Origin: Promethearchaeota archaeon
Lineage (GTDB): Archaea; Asgardarchaeota; Lokiarchaeia; Sigyniarchaeales; SOKP01
Direction: 5' to 3'
Assembly (NCBI GenBank): GCA_030599585.1
Contig: JAUVNS010000008.1
Coordinates: forward strand, 32,001-96,000
Length of the DNA: 64,000 bases
Part shown: piece by piece, positions 57,961 through 64,000 of the stretch
Position numbering within the stretch: the first letter of the stretch is position 1
Layout of the letters: every line of letters starts with the position of its first letter
The notes under the pieces: model-generated
Told to the model about the DNA's origin: nothing
Seen by the model: the letters and a program-made list of their open reading frames with translations, nothing else
The model's database searches: none
Program-made: the position numbers and the translations under genes

Positions 57961-58848
57961 ATGATTACTGGGTTCTCTATAATCTTAGATGATGATGTGT
58001 TATACATTTCAAATGAAAACAAGTATCCAGCATTTGAAATAGTATTATTTGTAAAGAAATTAATAAGTAGTCTTAATCCCAAAAATTTTTGGCGTTTAAC
58101 TAACCTCTATTTCGAAGGAGAGACTGGTAAAGAACGAATGATAATAAAACACATTGTCACTGAGAATGATCAAAACCTTTTTTTTTGTATTACAGGTGAT
58201 TTCCTTTCTAATTCTGAAGAAGTTTCCAAGCTCATGGCAGAATATTACGAAAAAGTTACATTGAACTATAATACGGTAGAATTTATTCAAAAAGCCTCAA
58301 AAAATTCTGAATTTTCCAAAATCATCAAACTCATTACTGCTTATCTTTGGGATAAATATCGAGAGCCATTGGAAGATGAAGATATAGAGTTACAATGTTC
58401 TAATGTGGAAAATAAAATAATTTATTGTGGAATTTCTTCTCAAGGATTACCAATTATTTCACAATTATACGATAAAACACTTCTACACAACTTTCACAGA
58501 GAAATCACAAATGAAAATATAGAATTGCTTAGCTCAAATATTTCTGCTAAATTAGCCACGATAGCTATGAATACTCAAATCAGAGCTAAAACTAACATTA
58601 AGGAAGTTCACTTTGATGATTTAGGGGACAACGGATGCAAAAAACTAATTCTTTATAGTAATATTAACGATTACTCCTTAGATTTCATTGCTTCAGGGGA
58701 TTTTGTTAAAATTAAGGAAATTTTCAAACAATTGGAAGAGAGCTTCTCCAAGGAACAAGTTCTAAAGAACGAATTTATGGGTGATTTAAAACCTTATAGA
58801 TTTTTAAAAACTCATCTCGATGATATGATCCTTCAATTTGATCAATAA
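57961..58848 (+). CDS. Hypothetical protein, possibly tandem longin/roadblock-like domains
   Basis: Two beta-beta-alpha units (ITGFSII..VLY; YCGISSQGLPI); weak pattern only. Confidence 0.5.
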   Translation: MITGFSIILDDDVLYISNENKYPAFEIVLFVKKLISSLNPKNFWRLTNLYFEGETGKERMIIKHIVTENDQNLFFCITGDFLSNSEEVSKLMAEYYEKVTLNYNTVEFIQKASKNSEFSKIIKLITAYLWDKYREPLEDEDIELQCSNVENKIIYCGISSQGLPIISQLYDKTLLHNFHREITNENIELLSSNISAKLATIAMNTQIRAKTNIKEVHFDDLGDNGCKKLILYSNINDYSLDFIASGDFVKIKEIFKQLEESFSKEQVLKNEFMGDLKPYRFLKTHLDDMILQFDQ

Positions 58849-58887
58849 TTCCTAAATTTCTAAATAAAATGTTTCTTTCTTATTCTT

Positions 58888-60177
58888 ATGAAAGCTGTTA
58901 TTTTAGCAGCAGGAAAGGGTACACGGCTTACTCCCATCACATCTCTTAGGCCAAAACCAATGATTCCTATTGGAGGTAAGCCATTATTAGAACATACTAT
59001 ATTAAACTTAAGAGATATAGGAGTTCAGGAAATTTTAATAATCGTTGGATATAAAGAAGAAATTATTAAGAATTATTTTGGTAATGGGTTATCTAAATTC
59101 AATGTTAAGATCGATTATGCTACACAATTAGAACACCTAGGGACTGCTCACGCTTTTGGTTTTGCTAAAGATTTCGTAGGAGACGATGATTTCTTTCTAA
59201 TGTATGGTGATTTATTAGCAGATCCACAAGTATTTAAAGAAGTTCTAGAGATTTATAAGAAAAGTAGCTGCGAAGGATTGATTTCATTATTTGAAGTCGA
59301 TAATCCACAAGAATATGGGATTATCTCCTTAAACAAAGAAGCCTTTGTTGAAAAAATAACTGAAAAACCTTCCGTAGAATTAGATCTCGGGAATCTAGCA
59401 AATGCTGGAATATTCATCTTTAACCCTTTAATATTCAAAGCTATAGAATTGACAGAATTATCAATACGGAATGAATATGAGTTTACTGATTCAATGCAAA
59501 TCTTGATTGACCAGTTAAAAGGAAAGATTAAAGGGTATGTTATAAAAGATTTATTCTGGAGTGATATCGGATTACCTTGGCACCTGTTAGAAGCAAATGA
59601 ATTCATTTTAAAAAGAATAAAACCCTGTGTGGAAGGAAAACTTGAAGAAAATGTAATTGTGTCAGGCAATGTTTTCATCGGAAAAAATACTTTAGTTAAA
59701 TCAGGTTCTTACATCCAAGGACCTTGTCATATCGGCGAAAAATCATTAATTGGTCCAAATGCGTATATACGACCATACACATATATCGGTAATGATTGTC
59801 ACATCGGAATGTCTGAGGTTAAGAATTCGTTAATTTTCTCAAATACCTCTATTCCTCATTTTAATTATATTGGTGATTCAATAATATGTGAAAATGTTAA
59901 TCTCGGTGCTGGTACGAAAATTTCTAACCTAAGATTTGATGGTAAAAGTATTTCAATGATTATCAAGGAAAAATCAATCGATTCAGGGAGGAGAAAATTA
60001 GGTGCTATTATCGGACCAAACTCACAAACGGGAATTAATTCCAGCATAATGTGTGGTAAAATAATAGGACGAGATTCGATAATAGGTGCTAATACGCTTG
60101 TAAATGAAGATATTCCATCAAATACAATATATTACAAAGATGAAAACGGGATAATAAAAAAGCATAGAAAAACATGA
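58888..60177 (+). CDS. glmU: Bifunctional sugar-1-phosphate nucleotidyltransferase/acetyltransferase (archaeal GlmU-like)
   Basis: LAAGKGTRL..PKP, LGTAHA, HFNYIGDS, NLGAGT..NLRFD, GRRKLGAIIG. Confidence 0.88.
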   Translation: MKAVILAAGKGTRLTPITSLRPKPMIPIGGKPLLEHTILNLRDIGVQEILIIVGYKEEIIKNYFGNGLSKFNVKIDYATQLEHLGTAHAFGFAKDFVGDDDFFLMYGDLLADPQVFKEVLEIYKKSSCEGLISLFEVDNPQEYGIISLNKEAFVEKITEKPSVELDLGNLANAGIFIFNPLIFKAIELTELSIRNEYEFTDSMQILIDQLKGKIKGYVIKDLFWSDIGLPWHLLEANEFILKRIKPCVEGKLEENVIVSGNVFIGKNTLVKSGSYIQGPCHIGEKSLIGPNAYIRPYTYIGNDCHIGMSEVKNSLIFSNTSIPHFNYIGDSIICENVNLGAGTKISNLRFDGKSISMIIKEKSIDSGRRKLGAIIGPNSQTGINSSIMCGKIIGRDSIIGANTLVNEDIPSNTIYYKDENGIIKKHRKT

Positions 60178-60202
60178 TATAATTGGATTTAATAATCCTA
60201 AG

Positions 60203-60934
60203 TTAAGTTTTAGAAAGCTTCCTAACACTTATTCGTTCTGTTCTTTTTATGTCGCTTTTTCGAGATCGCTTGACATCAACTTCGACTACCTCAAAGTCTT
60301 CATCTCTAGCTATGTATTCTGTATCTTCTCCACCCTCTGGAACGCTTACCAATTTACATTTAATGATAGCACAGTTAGATAGGGGATAAATAGTTTTAGC
60401 TATTCTTATGATTTGATTGGTAAATTCTTTATGAATCATTCCAGTAATGAACTTTTCATGGTTTAATGTTTTTGCGAACTCTTTTAAAATTTCTCTCATG
60501 ATTTTACGAATTACAATCTGTTGCGAACTTCGGGCTCGATTTATGGTAGTGCATATAATTGTTAATCTATAGACATATTCATCTTTAGTAGTTAGATTGA
60601 TTATTGTTTGAATTTTAGAGCTTCCTCTTCCGATTAATGATCTAACATAATCGTTTGTATAGGAATGCCCTAAAAACACAGATTGTGCTTGCTTTGCTTC
60701 TTGATTAACTTGGACTACTTTAAATTTCAATTTTAAACTTATATCGTCGTAACGGTTCGTAAAATCATATAATAAGGTTTCAATGGTTCTACCGTTAATG
60801 TTATTTTCCATTCCAATTATTTCGCCAATTGGCTTAAAATTGAAGCTTTTCGGGGCGATGACAGTATACCATTCTTTATCTTTAAATGAAACTCTCCTTA
60901 ATTTTGACTTCTTCTTTTTTACTTTCTGACTCAT
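60203..60934 (-). CDS. rps3ae: 30S ribosomal protein S3Ae (eS1)
   Basis: KEWYTVIAP..F, GRTIETLL.D, DYVRSL, KTIYPL. Confidence 0.95.
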   Translation of the reverse strand: MSQKVKKKKSKLRRVSFKDKEWYTVIAPKSFNFKPIGEIIGMENNINGRTIETLLYDFTNRYDDISLKLKFKVVQVNQEAKQAQSVFLGHSYTNDYVRSLIGRGSSKIQTIINLTTKDEYVYRLTIICTTINRARSSQQIVIRKIMREILKEFAKTLNHEKFITGMIHKEFTNQIIRIAKTIYPLSNCAIIKCKLVSVPEGGEDTEYIARDEDFEVVEVDVKRSRKSDIKRTERISVRKLSKT

Positions 60935-60942
60935 ACCTTATG

Positions 60943-61401
60943 CTACCTCATCACTATTGTCCTAATTTTATCCGGGTCGTACTTAAAATCACTAGCTAGT
61001 AATTTTTTACCCTTGTAATACTTGATAAGTCTATAAATCTTGCTTTCTGTACGTTGTAAACCCAGTTTTGAATGCAAATCTTTATGGTTTGATTCCAAAT
61101 GTTTTCTTAAATTAAGAGCTTTTTTTACTAAATTAGTTAAGTCTTCTGGTAGAGGAGTTTCAATGTCATTTTCTTTAATTATTTGTGAAATTGATTTACC
61201 GGTGACTACTTTCACTAAAGGGATGCCATAAGAATCTCTTAATATTACGCCTATTAGGGATTGAGAAACCCCCTTTCTAGCTAGTTTAATGACTTCGTTT
61301 GATACTTCTTCAGACGAAAGTTCTACCCACACAGGTTTTTCTAATCTAGCTGGGCGTGTACTTCCAGACTTCCCTTTCTTTCTTGAGTGCATTCGAGCCA
61401 T
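60943..61401 (-). CDS. rps15: 30S ribosomal protein S15 (uS15/S13e)
   Basis: MARMHSRKKGKSGS, IG..LRD, PEDL, ESKIYRLIKYYK. Confidence 0.97.
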   Translation of the reverse strand: MARMHSRKKGKSGSTRPARLEKPVWVELSSEEVSNEVIKLARKGVSQSLIGVILRDSYGIPLVKVVTGKSISQIIKENDIETPLPEDLTNLVKKALNLRKHLESNHKDLHSKLGLQRTESKIYRLIKYYKGKKLLASDFKYDPDKIRTIVMR

Positions 61402-61542
61402 TTTTTGCGTCCTAGTTTATGAATAATTTAATAATAGTAATTTTATTGATGAACAATATAAAGAATCATGTAAATTAAAATTTTTGAATTTAATAATTAA
61501 AACCTTATTAATCTAAATATATCATAGGAAATTATTGTACTT

Positions 61543-62130
61543 ATGAAACAAGAAAAAGAAATAATTTATTTTATTACTGGGAATAATCATAAGTTTAAGG
61601 AAATTAAAAAATTGTTCCAAAAGGAAGAAATAGATTACGATTTAAAGCAGAAAATCGCTGCAACTATTGAAGTTCAAGCATCTAGTATTAAAGAAGTTGC
61701 TCTCTTTAAACTTAATAGTATAAAAACAAATTTTAATAACTCTTATTTTGTTGAGGATGCGGGGTTTTTTATTGATGATCCTCTCAAAGGATTCCCAGGA
61801 GTATATTCCAAGTTTGTATTTAACACCATAGGTAATAATGGTATATTAAAACTCATTAATAATTATGGAAACACTGCTGCTCATTTTGAAGCTGTAATAG
61901 CGCTTTATTTTCAACCATTAGATAAAATTTTTACCTTTGAGGGATCAGTTGAGGGAAAAGTTTCAAAAGAAATTAAAGGTACAAGTGGCTTTGGATATGA
62001 TCCTATTTTTATTCCTAATGAATTGCCTAACAATACTTTTGGTGAATTATCTACGGAAGAAAAAAATTCTATTTCGCACAGAGCGAAAGCTTGGCAAAAA
62101 CTGTTAATTTTTCTCAAGAAGTATCAGTAA
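61543..62130 (+). CDS. rdgB: Non-canonical purine NTP pyrophosphatase (RdgB/Ham1)
   Basis: TGNNHK, EDAG, GFPGVYS, GFGYDPIF, KNSISHR. Confidence 0.95.
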   Translation: MKQEKEIIYFITGNNHKFKEIKKLFQKEEIDYDLKQKIAATIEVQASSIKEVALFKLNSIKTNFNNSYFVEDAGFFIDDPLKGFPGVYSKFVFNTIGNNGILKLINNYGNTAAHFEAVIALYFQPLDKIFTFEGSVEGKVSKEIKGTSGFGYDPIFIPNELPNNTFGELSTEEKNSISHRAKAWQKLLIFLKKYQ

Positions 62131-62135
62131 TTATT

Positions 62136-64000
62136 TTAGAACGTTTGACGAAATATATCCATTACAGATTGCCTACTCAATTTAATGAGGATCAAATACA
62201 TCCCCAATATCCCGAAAAATATGGATAGAGAGAATACTCTAATTAAAACATCCACAGGGATTGAGAATACAATAGGCATTTCAGTCATAAGTCCTAAATT
62301 TGTTTCCATTAAATATGCACAAAAAGTGCCGATTAATGTTCCCATCGTTCCGCTACTCAACATAATAATCAAACTTTCAACCAAGAAGAGATTCCTTACG
62401 TTTCTTGTTTTCATACCCATAGACCTTAAAATACCAATTTCAAACTTTCTTTCTAACATTACTGCGTACATTGTGCTTACTAAACCAAAAATTGCAATAA
62501 CTATGGCAAACCAGAGTACAACTTCCATTAAACTGCTTTGTCGTTCAAACATTGATTCCATCATTTTTACTTTTGTTATCGCATCGTCAAGAAAATAATC
62601 TTTCCCTGTGGTTATATCACGTATTTCCTCTTTAGTATCTTCAATTATGACTTCAGAATCATCTTTAAGCTTGATAAAAGCTTTGTCAACTACCATATTT
62701 GCGTTCCATTGATCCTTAACATTCATTAATCTCATATAGTTATCTAAAGAAACCATAATCCCTCCACCTTCAGCAGTCGCTTCTGTAGTTCTAAAGTTAT
62801 AAAATCCTGGCATGCCACCAGAAATTCCAACAACACGGAATAATGTAATATTTCCAGGGTCGTTTGGAGTTTGAGGGTTGTATAATGTCAATCGAATATA
62901 TTCTCCGACATCATCAATACCAAAAACAGTCGCAAGAGACTTAGCGATGATACAAGTATTATTTTCCCTAAAGATTTGACTAAATGAATAATTAAATCCA
63001 CTTCCCGGACTACTCCAAATCATCAAATCATTATCCATTAATTTATAATAATTTTTCTCAATACCAATAAATCCTACTTCTAGACTATCAAAATCTGCTA
63101 GATCTGCCGCTTTTACTTGATATTTCTCTTCCGCTTGTTCAGTGTAAAACTCAAGTATGTTAATAAAAGCATCATTAATAGAGTCCTCATCAAAGCCACC
63201 TCCGCTCTCGCTAAAGTCGAATAAAATCGATAAAACGGAAGTTATGTCAAACATATTATACAAGGATATAGCGATTTCGTCTATTCCGTCAATAGAATTG
63301 AATTCTTGAATCGTATCGAGAGTAATTGCGTTAGTTTCGGGATCTATTCCCTGATTGATTAAAACTAAATCGGAACCATATTGGAATTTTAAATTTGTTG
63401 ACAAATTCTGTGATTCCATTTCTGTGACGCTAGTAATAAAGAAAATGAAAGAAAAACTAATCGCAAACATTACAATAGTACTTGTATTCCGTCTTCTGTT
63501 TCTTTTTAGCGATATTTTAATAATATGAGCATATTTCTTAATAAAAGGAGTGAAAGCTCCAATTAACAGGCTTTGTATGATTGGTGTAATACCCACTGAT
63601 GCGAAGACCATCCCAATTAATATAGCAGCAATAAGACCAATAAATAGACCGGCAATCAGCATCATATCACCCGACACAAATACGCTTGGTAATAATATAA
63701 ATACTAACATACCGATCGTCGCAAGTGCTGAACCAATTAAAAAAATCCTAACATTCATGCTTCCCTCTTTTTTTACTTCCCACCCTTCTTCTTTCTTGTG
63801 AAATGGCGTAATTGACTTAATAATATCAATTTTGGCAGTTTTCAATGCAGGAAATAAAGATATTACTAAAGAAACTATAGATCCCATGCAAAACGCTAAA
63901 ATAACCGTTTGAGGTTGAATAACAAAATCCATATTCTGCAGGGGAAAGTCTGTTAAAGTGAACAGTGTGTCTACGACTGGCGGTGTTCCAATAAGACCTA
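62136..64000 (-). CDS. FtsX/MacB-like ABC permease, 5' part outside the window
   Basis: SLFPA, RNRRR, LERKFEIGILRSMG, ESL, multiple TM helices; the frame appears to continue past 63932. Confidence 0.85.
   Translation of the reverse strand, partial: GLIGTPPVVDTLFTLTDFPLQNMDFVIQPQTVILAFCMGSIVSLVISLFPALKTAKIDIIKSITPFHKKEEGWEVKKEGSMNVRIFLIGSALATIGMLVFILLPSVFVSGDMMLIAGLFIGLIAAILIGMVFASVGITPIIQSLLIGAFTPFIKKYAHIIKISLKRNRRRNTSTIVMFAISFSFIFFITSVTEMESQNLSTNLKFQYGSDLVLINQGIDPETNAITLDTIQEFNSIDGIDEIAISLYNMFDITSVLSILFDFSESGGGFDEDSINDAFINILEFYTEQAEEKYQVKAADLADFDSLEVGFIGIEKNYYKLMDNDLMIWSSPGSGFNYSFSQIFRENNTCIIAKSLATVFGIDDVGEYIRLTLYNPQTPNDPGNITLFRVVGISGGMPGFYNFRTTEATAEGGGIMVSLDNYMRLMNVKDQWNANMVVDKAFIKLKDDSEVIIEDTKEEIRDITTGKDYFLDDAITKVKMMESMFERQSSLMEVVLWFAIVIAIFGLVSTMYAVMLERKFEIGILRSMGMKTRNVRNLFLVESLIIMLSSGTMGTLIGTFCAYLMETNLGLMTEMPIVFSIPVDVLIRVFSLSIFFGILGMYLILIKLSRQSVMDIFRQTF

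Noticed and set aside
650-63801. Numerous 60-140 aa antisense or overlapping ORFs in the track (e.g. 1523-1912, 14303-14668, 35033-35398, 59253-59678, 62185-62598)
   Set aside because: They are shadows of well-supported genes on the opposite strand or frame and have no motifs.
1-64000. CRISPR arrays, rRNA genes and IS elements
   Set aside because: No regularly spaced repeats, long GC-rich structural RNA or transposase motifs were seen by eye.

Overview
AT-rich, gene-dense archaeal chromosome segment, most likely an Asgard archaeon of the Lokiarchaeia type. The assignment rests on archaeal ribosomal genes (eS1, uS15), archaeal-type tRNAs, a complete ESCRT-II/Vps4/ESCRT-III cluster, and longin/roadblock and HEAT/LRR proteins. 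Left arm (0-17 kb): a catabolic/redox block with a CDF transporter, an FNR-2Fe2S reductase plus COG1233 oxidoreductase, a GH29 fucosidase, two cobalamin/Fe-S QueG/RdhA-like genes sandwiching a sulfatase, and an FAD-dependent lactate-dehydrogenase-like/EtfB/ferredoxin-EtfA operon. 17-26 kb: carbohydrate and tRNA housekeeping genes. 26.6-30.2 kb: a small variable region with a ~205-bp diverged direct repeat. 30-36 kb: cyaB, Nop2/Nip7 and ESCRT. 37.5-41.4 kb: tRNA-Gly(GCC) with a non-canonical intron, an internally deleted methyltransferase relic, a fused DppB-DppC permease and tRNA-Val(GAC). 41.5-52 kb: pgk, a MoxR-VWA pair, larB/larC/His-rich nikR, and a short alpha3-truncated histone. Right arm: housekeeping and signature genes. 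No CRISPR array, rRNA, integrase or transposase was seen. All family calls come from motif recognition by eye; no database searches were run.
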